NCBI GenBank assembly: GCA_951406725.2
Contig: OX597819.1
Location: forward strand, 26,164,001-26,228,000
Direction: 5' to 3'
Source: Octopus vulgaris
Taxonomy: Eukaryota
Length of the DNA: 64,000 bases
In this document: positions 50,240-64,000 of the stretch, piece by piece
Layout: every line of letters begins with the position of its first letter
Numbering within the stretch: position 1 is the stretch's first letter
Program-made: the position numbers and the translations under genes
Notes under the pieces: generated by a model
Databases searched by the model: none
The model's input: only the letters and a program-made list of their open reading frames with translations
What the model was told of the DNA's origin: nothing

Positions 50240-53069
50240 AAATAGTGAGCTTATCCTCTTTTCTTCATTCACATTCTTGTGCTCCTGTCCCCAAAAGTAC
50301 AATATAATAGATGTTGTGCACTGAACACAAGCCAGCCCTCTTTTGACTTTTGCCTCTAAACGTTTTAACGTTAGAAAATATTCATTGAATGTGTTATTGT
50401 ATCAGTGTACATCCCATTAAATGATATTGCTAATTTGCAGGAAAGGATATCTTGAATAAGCCATGTCGATGGTTATTTTTTTTAAACGCTTAATCTTCGT
50501 TTTGATAAGGATTTCAATTAGGCGTAATTTGACGACAAACAAATAAATGAATAGACGTATTTATACAAGCTTTACCTTAATATGATTTCTTTTTTGAAAT
50601 TTTAAAGTAATGACGATGCTAGTAATCATATCTAGTATATTGAATAGGCAATGTAATGTGTTAGGAAAATGTATTCCAATTATGAAAATTATTGCAGTAC
50701 TCCATACCCTAATATTATATTACTATTTATCTGAAAACATTGAAAGACGTCAAGTATCTGAGGTGCTATATACTATGTTTTCTTCTGGTGGCTGACTAAT
50801 ATATTCTGCACATCAATATTATAAATAGAAAGCCAGATTTCTCTGTATTGGGAGACGAAATTAACAATGGTCGTCGAAAATATATTTTAACTGCTGTATT
50901 CATAGATGGAGAATTATGTCTAATCACTAATATTGTCGATGACCATCATGATTTATTGGAATTAGTGTAATAGTTAACATTTAGGATTCTTAATCTTCTG
51001 TTGTTAGTATTTGTTGGTTTTTTTCGATGTGGTATTTATTTATGTGATAAGTTAAATTTAATAGTTTTACTTCATAGAAAGAGTGCATAAAAATTGTAAA
51101 ACAACGCCATACATCCACTAGAAAACCAGAAAATTTTAATTCTAATTTTAGATTGACCTGCTCTCATATAAGTGTGTATTTGTTATATAGAATGTACATC
51201 GAATTATCCAAGCATGTGACATATAACAGTTGTAATAAGAAATGTTAGATAAGCTTTCAATTACATAATTAGATTATTTTTAGGGAAAAAAAGCATAATG
51301 CTGAAAAGCATAGAAATCAATTTCTATTCAAGATTTGTGACTAAGAGAATTAAATCTACTCTGTTTAAGTTTATTCGTCCAATCAATGTTACTTCTCATA
51401 AAAGTATGTTTCCTTTCAAAATAATTTTAACATTATCCATTGCTATGCGTCACTAACAATCAATGTGTCTAGAGTGGCCTGTGTTGATGGCCGTCACTAA
51501 AAGATTTTTGGTAATCGCATTATATATTATTCGATTCTACATCATGTTTCCAGCTACTCTCTGAAACATTTGTCTAAAGCATGGCAAATCCATAAAGATA
51601 TAACCATTAATCTATGTGCAAGCCTGGCTGGATATATATGTGTGTTCTTGGTAGGAAATGTGTTGACGTTCTACAAGCACACTCCACGTCCTTCTTCGTA
51701 AATAAGAGTAATTGAAAGATGGCATGCTATAAAACGGCGTTGCCTAGAAAGCAAATGTATTTCCTTAGAGAATAATAAACTTTTGAGAATGAAAACTCAA
51801 ATATAGAAAATAAAAAGACATTTGAATTTCTTTAATCAATCGTTGAAGAAACGCTAAACTTTCAAACTACTCCGTAGTTGGTGAATTGGACAGGAATTCT
51901 CAATTTAAAATAACAATGGAATATCACATCAAACCATTTTGCTTGGTTTGCCAACACATATGTCGTCATCAGAAAATACTTCTTCGGAAAGCAAATGCAA
52001 TTCACATGTCAGAATGGAGTAGAACTTTTTCATAATTTACCATTATTAATTGGAAAGTAAATAGCTACGCGCAAAAGCAGTTTGACACATGCAGTAGCAT
52101 TTGTAACACTTTTCACATATAATTCTGTGTATGTGCACAGCCATATTTAATGGAAGGGAGAAAAAAATATTCTGAGCTAGTTGTAGTTCTAATTGCTGGA
52201 ATATGATATGTTCATTATTAATTCAGATATTTCAAAATTAATATGGCATACAATGACTGATACATGTTTGTTTACAAACACATTATGAAAGAAAATACTG
52301 ATGAAATAATTAATACTGAATTTCATGTCGTAAGAAAATTTTAAGCCAGTTCCCATAGTGATCAGAATGAAGTGGAGGGCTATTATCACAGACAATATAA
52401 AAACACCAAGGTATTAGTTTACTAATTGATCAAATTTCTAAACGAAGAGCATTCAATCGCTTAAACATAAAGATCAACTATGCAAATATTTATGACAGCA
52501 AATCAAAAAATTATTCTGAAAAAAATTACTAATAGATTTGCCGCGGCAAAACACGTTAATACTAATCAATGAAGAAGTCAAAATAGTCTCTTCGTGATGT
52601 AATAGTCTTCTCCTGATGTAAGAGACTAACGCACAAATATGCTTCGAATGGCATCCTTACCGTTATAAAAGGAAATATCAGATAAAAGGATTTTGAGTAA
52701 GAATATGTTATGTACAATAAAGACTGCATGGGTATGGCTAGATTTTGATTGAAAGGTTGCACGATTGATGATGACCTCCGTGTCAAGAACAACGTTTAAA
52801 TACTATTTCAAAATAACAGGAGTCTACCTTATGGAAAATTACGTTTTACATATAGAGAGGTGTTTTTCTAATAGAAACAGTATTTTGTAAGAACACAAGT
52901 AAGAGTGTGTAACTTAGCGTTTATCTGTTGCTAGAGATCTTAGCGTTTATCTGTTGCTAGAGATCAACAAGTACTTGGATATAACTGTGCTTAAAAGACA
53001 AGATGTAAAAGACGATTAGGGTATGAAGATTATCTCATTGATATTATTTCACTGCCTCTCTCTTTCTCA

Positions 53070-53140
<71 letters not shown>

Positions 53141-54236
53141 ACTTATAAACAAATATTATTTCCATGCCAATATGCTGATAACAGAATTTAAGTCGTCAAT
53201 TTCCACATATCATTATACACTCGCTATAAATACACGTCGTGCTGAAATCGAGAAGCTAGTCAACAGAATTTTTTGAAAAAAAGTTCGTTATTTCTATATT
53301 GAATCAATTTCGGAATTAATTCCATGTATTATTTCCTCTTCAGTAGAAAATACGACAAGTAATAAATGAAATACTTACATGCACCCATGGAAAAAAGCAG
53401 AAGCAAAAGTCATGTGTACACAAAAGTACCCCAGTTATATCTAAATATAAAATCCTTTAAGTAGCCTCAGCACACGTGTGAACTATTCCAAGTCACAGCT
53501 TATAGTGGTTACCAGTCCCTAAGTGAAGGGTGATAAATCTACTATTAATATAGGATGAATTTTTTTTCAGAAAAAAATTTCATCAAAAAGTGGCAGCATA
53601 TTAAAATGCCTTTAAAGGTTAAAATTATAAACAAGAGCTAAAGAAACATTGCAACGTGTCTGGGGTAAATTGGCATTTATTTTAATATTGATATTCGTTC
53701 TGTCTAGTATATTTTCCTGGTATACCCTTTTATATATATTAGATTACTATATTTTCGTACTATTTTACCGTACTGCATAGTCTGAGTCTATTACATAAAG
53801 ATTTATTGAATGTTTCGTTGCAATTTATATGTGTTAATCTCCTTGTTTCTTAAACACTATATCCTGTATAAAAGCCGTGTGTGTGTGGTGTATGTGAGTG
53901 AGTGTTTGTGTGTGTCTGTATGTGCGTGCTTGTATCTGTGTGCGCTTCTTTTTGGTTATATCATATTCTACGCTGATTGTCTGAAAGACATTTAATCACC
54001 GCAAGGCAATGATGCTAGGTATAGTAGCAACATTACGAAACCGTCGATAATAATATGTATTAGCTTAAAAGATTGTTGCATGTACAAAACTCCGTTCCCC
54101 CACCACACTTATAATACTCAGGTGTAAATTGATATACGCTTTAATACTTATAATCATACTTTCACTTGTACAAGTATATTTCTTGAATATATATTACACT
54201 ACATTATACTTACGTACACACACACACACATATATA

Positions 54237-54291
<55 letters not shown>

Positions 54292-54520
54292 AAAATGTTA
54301 ATATATATATATGTATTAAACATTATTAAAGGTTGCTCACAGATTGAATTAAATGAAAGTAATAAAGTGGATTGGTCAGTTTCACTTAATACGTTAGTAA
54401 TTTTTATACAACTTCCAATGTTACGCATATTAGCACGCGAAAAATATCTTAAAATGTCAATTTCCTGGAACAAAAGCAAATATATTTCGTTTTCTTATAC
54501 TATATATTTGTAATCATTTA

Positions 54521-54661
54521 TTAGGTTGTCCCAAAAGTTCGTAAACACTTGCGAAAATTGAATTTTTAGTCGCCAAGTACTAACAAAAACAACAAAAATT
54601 ATTCCTCAAAATAAAGACCATTATTTTCCAAGACTTTCTACGAACGTTTGGGACAACCTTA
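54521..54661. mobile_element. Mariner-derived MITE (about 140 bp)
   Basis: TA-flanked TIRs AGGTTGTCCCAAA.GTTCGTA. Confidence 0.85.
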
Positions 54662-54899
54662 TATTAGATTCGTATTTCGATGGGGTTGAGTATGGTTGGC
54701 ATACTTTATCGTTTCAATCTCTCTCATGGGAGTAAAGATAAGGATGTTATATGCCTCAAGGATACTAAGTGGTAAAATTTGTGCTAGAAGAGGAATTGAA
54801 GGTGGATACAGTATACGGTATGTGCTAGTGTATATATACATAAATGTGTGTGTGTGTGTGTGTCCTCGTTACAATTTGGTTGCTGACTTCTTTTTATTA

Positions 54900-56770
54900 T
54901 AATATCCAAGAAAGGGAGATGCTCTTTGCTATATTCCATTGTAGGGTTTATATTGATTAGTTTTGATTTAAATACTAAAAGTTTATTAATGGTCTCATTC
55001 CAAATGATAAAGCACTCATCCAGATATCTTTTCGAAGTTATCTCTTATATAATGTTGAAATGGATGTCTATATTTTTGCAGTGACACTTCATATATGGTG
55101 AATTCAAAATATCTCCTAATTAGATTCGCAAGAATAAGGGCTGCTTTCGTTCCTATCGCAATTCCGCATTCTTGACGATAGTAGGTGTCATCAAATAGAA
55201 GGTAATTGTTCTGAAGAATAAATTTTAATGTTTCAATAATAAAAAAAACCTGGTTTCTACATCCCGGAAAATATTTAGGGTACTTTTCCAGCCATAGTTT
55301 TATTGCTTCTATTCCATAGTCATGTGGGATATTGATGTTAAGATTAATTACATCAAAGGAAACTAATAATATCACTTCATTAGTTGTTTTTGTAGATCGT
55401 CCGTGATGAAAATTTTGATGTATTTCAGCAAGGGTGTCAGTAGGATGTGTAGGAAATTGTTTAGGCGGTGGGTTTTACAGGTTGGGCTAGCTATAATGGA
55501 TCTTAACTTTAAATCTTCTGGTGCTTGGATATTTATGTATTTGCCTGGTGATTGTTTGCCGGCTTCATTAACTATCTTGATCTTATGTATTTTAGATAGA
55601 CCGTAAAAATGATTGTGCTTACGAACATTTAAAGTTCGTGATATAATCTTTATTGTGATACATTTATTTTTCTGTCAGGCCTTTTCATGTAGATGAATTA
55701 AATAGGCAAGGCTTTTCATTGTTTGTTGTTGTTTATAGTTAAACAACTTTTACGTGGAAGGTATCGTTCTCTAGCATAGATAAGAAGAAGAAGAAGAGGT
55801 GTTTCCTTCGCGAGATATGCCAGGCTCATAAGGGCCGGTTTCCTGGTTTCAGTGGCGTAGAAATTCCCCACCAGGACTGGACGCCGATCCGTCGCAAGAT
55901 TACACATTTTTGCCAGCTGAGTGGACTGGAGCAACGTGAAAGGAAGTGTTTTGTTCAAGAACACAACGCATCGCCCGATCCAGGAATTGAAACCACGATC
56001 TTACGATCATGAGTTCAACACCCTAACCACTAAGCCACACGCCTGGACCTAGCAAGGATAATACTAGGTTTTTGTAGTGTTCTGTGTCCATCAGGACTAC
56101 AGCACTTCCTTTGTCTGCGTCTTTCAATTGTTTGTTCTTTGTCGTTTTATATTTCAATTAGATTTTTCTATTTTAAATTGTTGAAGATTGAATAAATCTT
56201 TCGCTTATGGAAACTGATTAGGGAAATTTTGGATATGGCCGCAGAAGTCATCTAGGGTTTTATTCCTACCCTTAGGTGGGAGATAATTGCTTCTGTTTTT
56301 AACCAGTGATTCATCGTTGTTGTAGTCAGTTAGTGCTTCTGTAAGTTGTAGTTTCCTGCAGAATTCCGAAATATTGTCTTTAATTTCATTCTGGTTAGAT
56401 CTTCCTGGGGTAAATCTTAATCGTTTAGCTAGTATAGTGATTTTTGCTGCAGAGAGAGAGTTTTCTTTGATAAATTAATTACTTTGTGTTTCTCCAGTTC
56501 CAATGACTGTCTCTGTTTCTCTCCACTCCGTCTAAAAATGGTTGACTGTAATTTGGTTAGAAGATGATATCAATGTTATTAATTGTATTAAGGTTTCATG
56601 GAGGCTGGTTTTGTTGTCTGGGTAAATTGGGTAAATTTCGTCTCACTAATTTAGCTTTTGAGTCTTCGTATATTTATTTATTCCCTCCCCTTAGATATTT
56701 CTGTCTGTTCATTCACTTCATGCACAAACTCCCGTACACAACATGGACTAAATTCTTAAGAAAATACGAA
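54900..56770 (-). pseudogene. Second Penelope-like RT remnant
   Basis: INLSKKTLS..LRFTP, FYGLSKIHK, LVSFDVINLNINIPHDYGIEAI and FILQNNYLLFDDTYYRQECGIAIGT. The upstream boundary is approximate. Confidence 0.85.
55784..56043 (-). mobile_element. CORE-type tRNA-SINE nested in the PLE
   Basis: Reverse strand reads GGCGTGTGGCTTAGTGGTTAGGGTG..GTTGTGTTCTTGAACAAAACAC..(CTT)n. TSD CTAGCATAGATAA / CTAGCAAGGATAA. Confidence 0.88.
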
Positions 56771-56908
56771 ATTACAATAACGTCAGTGTCATGACTAAGA
56801 AAGCGAAAGCAGTCGACAAACACAATACCGTTTGACTTATGAAATATATTCAAAAATATATTGGAACAATGTAAGCTGTGTGCATTTTTTTTCTTTTATT
56901 ATATATAT

Positions 56909-56930
56909 ATAGATAGATAGATAGATAGAC

Positions 56931-57027
<97 letters not shown>
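56909..57027. repeat. (GATA)n microsatellite
   Basis: About 29 tandem GATA units. Confidence 0.95.
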
Positions 57028-57990
57028 TGACCGCGTGTGTATTATATATATATACAATAAAAAGGATTCATCAGAGAATCGTATACTTGGTTGATATGCA
57101 CTAGGTAAAAACAAAAAACAATTAATAGCAATTACACTAGATATCTAGTTACGTTTTATATTACTGCAAATCTGACATTTCAATATTAGTGTATATCTGC
57201 TGTAAGCTTCAATATATTTACTAATTATGGCGTATAGGCATGTGCATTTCGGTCAGAGTTGAATAGATTCGAAGATAATAGAATTCACTCTCTCCTCGCC
57301 CCTCACTCCCCCCATATATAGAGATATAGATAGACATATACATACACACACACATACATATACATATACATATATATATATATTTGTTCCACGTCCTCGC
57401 GTTCTTGTGTTTTTTTGTGTTTTCTTGTTTGGATTAACTTTACATATATATATATAAATATATATGCATCGCGATGCACAATATTCTTCTTTATGCATAT
57501 AGCATTGTAAAAGAAGGGTTCAAGGTAATATTGAAGCTCTATGAAAAAACAAATTGCATTTGTCTTTTTACCCGATTATTATATTTACCGTTGAAAGATA
57601 AGGCAATAGAAGGCATATAATACCACATATTATGCTTTTAGTCGATGGGAGTGGTGGTAAGGTCTGCCAGTAAAAAACCTTGACTTACCACAAAAAGATA
57701 GGCACAATTCAATAAGGCGTTGAGTAAAATATATAAAAACTAATTTAATAAAATATCTTTCTTCATATTGCCGCAGGATAAACGCTTACACAACTTTTAA
57801 AGGAAAGCACATATATAATATTACATTAAAAGAGGATAATTCTCATTCGATTTATGTTTGTAACTGAAGAATGTGTATCATCTTTCAGGTAACGAAATGA
57901 TAAATTATATTAATGCATGGATAGAATGAGGTGCTCCAGGAGGGTTACAGCCATTATCGCTTAAACGGGACACAGACGCGCGCGCGTACA

Positions 57991-58027
<37 letters not shown>

Positions 58028-59278
58028 ACGCACACACGCACACCTCGCTCTCTTTCTCTGTCTCCCTCTCTCTAAATATATATATAAACACATAAACGTA
58101 TGTATGCATGAATGTATGAATGAATGTATGTATGTATGTATGTATGTATATACGCGCATGTTGATATGGCGTATGTTTGTAATTTCGCTTCACAATTATG
58201 TGATTCTGGCTTCAATTTCAGTCTCATTTGGTCAGGATATTGGCTGCCTCTCCTCTAACCTTAGGTTGATTAATACCTTGTGTAAGGAACTTGGTAGTTA
58301 GACACAGAGCTTGCAGGGAAGCACATCGTATATGTGTCTGTGACTGTATGTGTGTGCGAGTGTGTGTCTCTCTCTGCCTGTCTATGTGCCTATGTGTGCA
58401 TGTATATATATGTGTGTGTGTGCGTGTATGTGTGAGTGTTGCTGTGCGTGATGGTGGGTGAGTTTGTTATCTCTGTATGTATTTATACATCGCGATGAAA
58501 CTTAGTGATGTTTTGTCCCAACCATGTCAACACTGCTCTTTGTGAAATCTAACATTAGCACTTAATAAAATAACCAAGGTTGAAATTAGTACAGATTGAA
58601 TAAGCTTCACCAAAATCCAAAGGAATATGGAAAAAGGAAGGAAATGTTCATTTAGATAGTCTACACAAATAACTATCTATTAGAGTTTAAGATGGTGTCT
58701 TAAACTAGACATGCTTGAAATAAAAGTTAAATCTCCAACATATATTTATCTACTCCTAGCCCTGTGGAAGATACCTTGGGGTTGAAAAGTCTATATATAT
58801 CCAGTGATACTGTTTAGTTAATGGCGATTTTTTAACTTTTTTTTCAATGAGTTGAACCTTTATTGTCTTTACAAAGTACATATATAATCACACACAAACG
58901 GGTTTGTGAGTGTGTATGAGCGTGTGTGTGTGTGTGTGTGTGTGTTTATGTTTTGTGTGTGTCTGTGTGTGTGTGTGTCTGTGTGTGTGTGTCTGTGTGT
59001 GTGTGTGTCTGTGTGTGTGTGTCTGTGTGTGTGTGTGCCTGTGTGAGGTTGTGTGTACATACATCTACATACATCTATATTACCTTTACTATTTGAAATT
59101 TGCAAAAAAATTTGGGACAACTCAGTAATCCAGCTGACTTTATGAGAAAACATAAGCAAACAAATAGAAGTTTTATTAGAAACAACAGAATACGTGGGTT
59201 TCATTGGATGGACTTAGGAAATAAATATAATAAATTATGCAAGTTTTAAAAATAACTTATGGAAAACATGTACATATA

Positions 59279-59420
59279 GGCGCAGGAGTGGCTGTGTGGT
59301 AAGAAACTTGCTTCCCAGCCTCATGGTTACTTCGGGATTCAGACCTACTGCGTGTCTTCTACTATAGCCAAGGCCTTGCGAGTGGATTTGGTAGACAGAA
59401 ACTGAAATAAGACCGTCGTA
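59279..59420 (+). mobile_element. tRNA-SINE (third family), 5' half
   Basis: GGCGCAGGAGTGGCTGTGTGGTAAGAAACTTGCTTCCCA. Confidence 0.8.
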
Positions 59421-60132
59421 TATATATATATGTGTATGTGTGTGTGTGTGTGTGTGTGTGTTTGCGTGTGTGTGTGTGTGCCCGCTTATATAATCAAAAT
59501 AAGCAACAAGGATATCCAGAGGTAATGCAGTACGATCGTTTCACGCAACTTCATTTAATTGAACAATGTAACCATTACATCGAGTTAAATGCAGAGCAAT
59601 CATCAGCTGCACAAAGACATAGAATTTAATTAAATTAACACAGATGGACACATTAGTATAATTTTGTCTATAATCTCCAAGAAGTTAAGGAGATAGACGA
59701 AGAACATTGTTGTCCTTCCTTCCACTTAGAAGCTACTAAGTTATCAGGAAGAAAGACTTGTAACGGGTTTTGCTTGTAACTTTTATATGGGGTCAGTGTT
59801 AATTTGTAGATTAGTTTTATCAAATCCTTGTATATCTGATCCAAGGCCGGGTCTGTTAGGGGTAGGGCTCTTTCTGTATTGGCAAGAAATCTTGAAATGA
59901 AACGGAACAATGACATAGATACTGTCTAAGTACCAGTTTTGAGAAATAAGGCTTCTCAAAACTAGAAAGAAGAAAGATGATTCAAAGACAACAGATCCAA
60001 GCCATTACTGGAACTTCCAGATGTTTAACATTTAAGTATATATGCACATGCCTAGACATGTAAGTGTAGGCATGAGAATACATACATAAGGCAAAACATA
60101 AAAATCTGCACATGCATTGATTCCAAATACTG

Positions 60133-60163
<31 letters not shown>

Positions 60164-60281
60164 ATACACAAATACACTAATGTCGATGTTGAAATTTCAA
60201 CGAAGGAAACTTGGATCTAGGTTCTAGAAAGCGGCTCCTTCTCTATGTCAAGAAACCTTGAAATAAAACTGAACAATGACA

Positions 60282-60584
60282 TTGTTCCTTCTTAATTGAG
60301 CCACGCTTAGCTCATAGTGTTGGTTTCCGGGTTTCCTTGGCATATAGGTTCCCCACCTAGACGGGGCGCCGGTCCGTCACAGGTGAGCTGCAAGGTGCAG
60401 GAGGAAAGAGTGAGTGAAAGTTGTGGCGAAAGAGTCAGCAGAAGTTTCGCCTTTACATTCTGCCGGAGCCGCGTGGAGCTTAGATGTTTCGCTTATAAAC
60501 ACACACATTGTCCGGTCTGAGATTCGAACACGCGATCCCTTGACCGCGTGTCCGCTGTTCTAACCACCAGGCCATGTGCCTCCA
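60282..60584 (-). mobile_element. OR-type SINE with an alternative tail
   Basis: Head and body resemble 544-730, tail resembles 55800-55895. TSD GAACAATGACAT at 60271 and 60586. Confidence 0.88.
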
Positions 60585-61317
60585 CGAACAATGACATACA
60601 AGATGTTGAAATTCATATGAAGGAGCCTTGGATTTAGATTACAAACCGACCCTTTCCTTATTGGCAAGAAATCTTGAAACAAAACTGAACAATAGATTTC
60701 CGATTTGTATGCATTTCGCGAGGCTGTAGATGTGAAACAGCGACCATACAAATATAGCTGTATTCTTTAGGTTTAATCTACAGGACATATGCACTTGACG
60801 TGATGACTTTTTTATTAATTAATTTTTAATAGCCTTTCGTTGCAAATGTATGCATCACCTTTGCAGTTAGTTAAATATCAATTATACATTCGTGATGATT
60901 GTAAGTGTATAAGCAAGCATGCTTACATCTCACTATGCATCTGTATGTGTTGCTGCCATATTCGTGTAAGCAATGGCTTATTGTGGTGCTAATATGTCTG
61001 TATATTAATAAGTGTGTGTATGTGTGTGTGTGTGTTTGTGTTCGTGCGTGTGTGAATGCTTTCCTATTTGTAATAGTTTGCATTTGTGTTTTTATATCAG
61101 TTGAATTGTATTTAAACTGTCGTGACATCATCATGTGTAGAAACAATGCGTGGGTTGCGAGATTTTCTGTCAACTGAAGTGAATTAAATTGATGAGAGTA
61201 TTGCCAGTGATTCTGCTCTGACGGTTGTGAGTAGGTGTTTATTTTGTCTCTTCTATTCGATCCTCTATGTATCATGCATACGTAAAGCGACAGTTGTATG
61301 TATGCACGTGTGTAGAC

Positions 61318-61365
<48 letters not shown>

Positions 61366-61572
61366 TGTATGTATGTATATATGAGTATATGTATATATGT
61401 ATATGCATATACATATGAAGAGAATGAGAGAGAGATAGAGAACGAGAGAGAGGTAAGGAAGAGCGTCATCAATTCGTAATAGTAAGCTCAAGATACGTCG
61501 TATGTCATAACGTCTCTCCTACGAATCAGTATGACGTTTAGAACCTAAGGCATGATGTGCATACGCACAGTA

Positions 61573-61603
<31 letters not shown>

Positions 61604-62461
61604 ATGTGTTGTATGTGTGTGCTTGGTTGTCGCTTTTACATCATATGTGCCATCATTACGACTTTGTTTTTATTTTCCATGCTGGATATTTTGTTCAATT
61701 TTATTAGGAAACTGAACTTGTGTATATCATGCTTTTTATTTTAATTCTATTATCTCTGAAAGATTATACTCTATCATTTAATATATTATCTTCGGGGATG
61801 ATTTTTAAGATTCACCAACGTTTTTTTTAAATTTTATTTTTTTTTTGCTGCTGATACTAGTTTACCGTTCCATGTGCAAAGGGGAAGTGAATTCACTCCA
61901 AAGCTTTAAGGCCTGGAAATTTCTCCTGTTGTACCAGGAGACTATTTCCTAAAGATTTTGCCTTCTCTAATATATTTCCTGCTTTATATGAGGCATACTG
62001 TTGGGAACTGATGTAAAAGATTAAATTCTGTGCAGTTCAAAGGAGTGATTCAAACAGAACGCATTTCTTTTGTCCTTACTGAGTGTAACATTAGATACGG
62101 CTCTTATTCATTTTCCCACATTTCAGCACTCTAAGTGGCCAGATGTATTATATCCATACTTATGATGAATAGATGAACTGCCTTTTTCTAATTTAGAGTT
62201 AATGACTACAATTAGTTGTCCTCTGCGTATATTTTCTTAGGTTTCCTATGAAGGAAATAAACTGATAAGTTAATATACTGGTTGACAGAGTTTGTTATGT
62301 GCTGGGTCCCATTTATAATTGCCGCCTCTGGCTGTCATCTTGTTTGAGCTATAATCCTTATGTCATACACATAGCTATTATTGAGTAATGTCGGGACAGG
62401 ATCTTTTCTGTCATTTCAGCACCAGAGACACTGACGAACTATTTAATTGCCTATATTTTCT

Positions 62462-62618
62462 TTGTTCCTTCTCGAGCCATGCCTGGCTCATAAGGGCCGG
62501 TTTTCCGGTTTACCTTGGCGTATAGGATCCCCACCTGGACGGGACGCCGGTCCGTCGTAGGTGAGCTACAAGATGCAGAAGGCGAGAGTGAGAGAAAGTT
62601 GTGGCGAAAGAGCCAACA
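62462..62618 (-). mobile_element. 5'-truncated copy of the same SINE
   Basis: Matches 60282-60440. Confidence 0.8.
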
Positions 62619-63184
62619 AATTTACTTTGAATTTGGTCGTTTATATTGCATTCTATTTCCTTTATATCTTGTATATTCTTGTATAAGTTGTAACAGATCT
62701 TTACAAACTTCATTTATATATTTCTTTACATAGAGCAAATTTTCTTTCTGCAATTGATGGAATTTATTATTGTTTTCAATCACATCACAGATTTGCTTAT
62801 GTTTCCAGCATGTCATCTTTCATAATGATTTGAAGGTCATGGCTCAGCTGTTGAGATAGCTCACTGATTTCAGATGGTATCAAGGAACTTTATTTTAGAG
62901 ATTTGCTTTTATTTATTCAGATTTATCAACATGAATCGTATGTTATTCTCGGGAATCAAGTTCTGTTAAAATTTCTTCTTCCGAAATATTTACTTGTAAT
63001 ATCCGAAGCCATACCTTTACCTATGGAGGTACACTGTATAGTATAGATATGTGCTACACTATACCGTATAATATGTGAATAGATGTTATCCACACATATT
63101 CTGTATTACAGTATAGTATTGATGCGAAATAATAATAATAACAGTTTATGCAGAGGAAATACAAATATATGATGCATATGTCAT

Positions 63185-63970
63185 GATTATCGGCGAGGAA
63201 CCAGTGTCATGTATATGAAGTGTTCGGTTTCCACACGCCACATCTCTCTCTCTCTGTCTTTTGCTGCATGCGCACAGTCAGCCAGACTCTTGTCTTCAAT
63301 CCACAACCGTCTTTGGCAGCTTATTGCTATCTTGCCCTCCACAGTTCTTGTTACAATGGTCTTGGGCAATGACACGAGACACAATGCCCTGTGAACTTGA
63401 TTCTCGATTATATATATGTATTTGGACTTTAAGTACTTCTAGTGCAGCAGCATTTGCTACGCTACTTTTTCGGATTATTCTGTCCAGCCTGTAAATGGTC
63501 CACATCTCAAAAGCATTTATTGTATTCTCCATTGATGTGTATATTGTCCACGTCTCAACCCACTACTGGATAATTTCCATATTACAGAAGTCAACTAGTT
63601 TCAATTTTAGGTGTAGTGTTTTGTCTCTTTGAAAGATACCGTTTTGTTCTTATAACTATAATTTTGACCTTATTCTTTGATTTCTTCACGGCGATCTTCC
63701 TAATTTATTATTTGTCTCAAATGCTTCATTTTTCTTTTTACTTACTCACGTTTCTGTCCATCTACCTTTCTATTTGCTGCATATTGTTCTGCCTTAGTAA
63801 TAACCCTTTTGGTGGCCTCTTTTATATTCCTATTGAAGCATTTTTACTGACTATACTCATTTACATTAACAATTTTTTTGCATTTTCTCATTAATCTCTG
63901 TCGATGATGCTGGATCGTCAGAATGTCATTTTGTTTGTGCACATGGCATTAACTGTAAGTGCTCTGATCA
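63185..63970 (-). pseudogene. RTE-clade LINE 3' remnant
   Basis: VETWTI..MENTINAFEMWTIYRL, VEGK..QRRLWIED and AAKDRE..WR. Confidence 0.75.
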
Positions 63971-64000
63971 CATTTGACAGCAACACATTTGTATCTGTAT

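Noticed and set aside
51938-51975. Minus-strand CTGATGA-CGACA-TATG-TGTTG hairpin
   Set aside because: It is followed by GCAAAC rather than GAAA and has no UH site, so it is probably chance.

Overview
AT-rich, microsatellite-laden animal genomic DNA with one 100-N assembly gap. It is most likely an octopus (inferred from tRNA-Arg OR-type and Meta-domain SINEs). I could not confidently identify an intact host gene, and nearly all long ORFs in the track are microsatellite artefacts. The window is a mosaic of decayed mobile elements: several SINE families, Tc1/mariner elements and MITEs, Helitrons, Dong/R4 and RTE LINE fragments, and Penelope-like elements (PLEs). The main hidden signal is about 14 minimal type-I hammerhead ribozyme (HHR) motifs, read by eye, from many different repeat families. 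They include compensatory core variants G3:C8 (GUGAACA) and U3:A8 (UUGAAAA), and several lie in inverted (foldback) pairs. One family joins a tRNA-like Pol III head, an (AAT)n spacer and a hammerhead. It occurs as an inverted pair inserted with an 8-bp target-site duplication into a Tc1/mariner transposase, and again just downstream of a Penelope RT/GIY-YIG ORF. No folding or database search was run.
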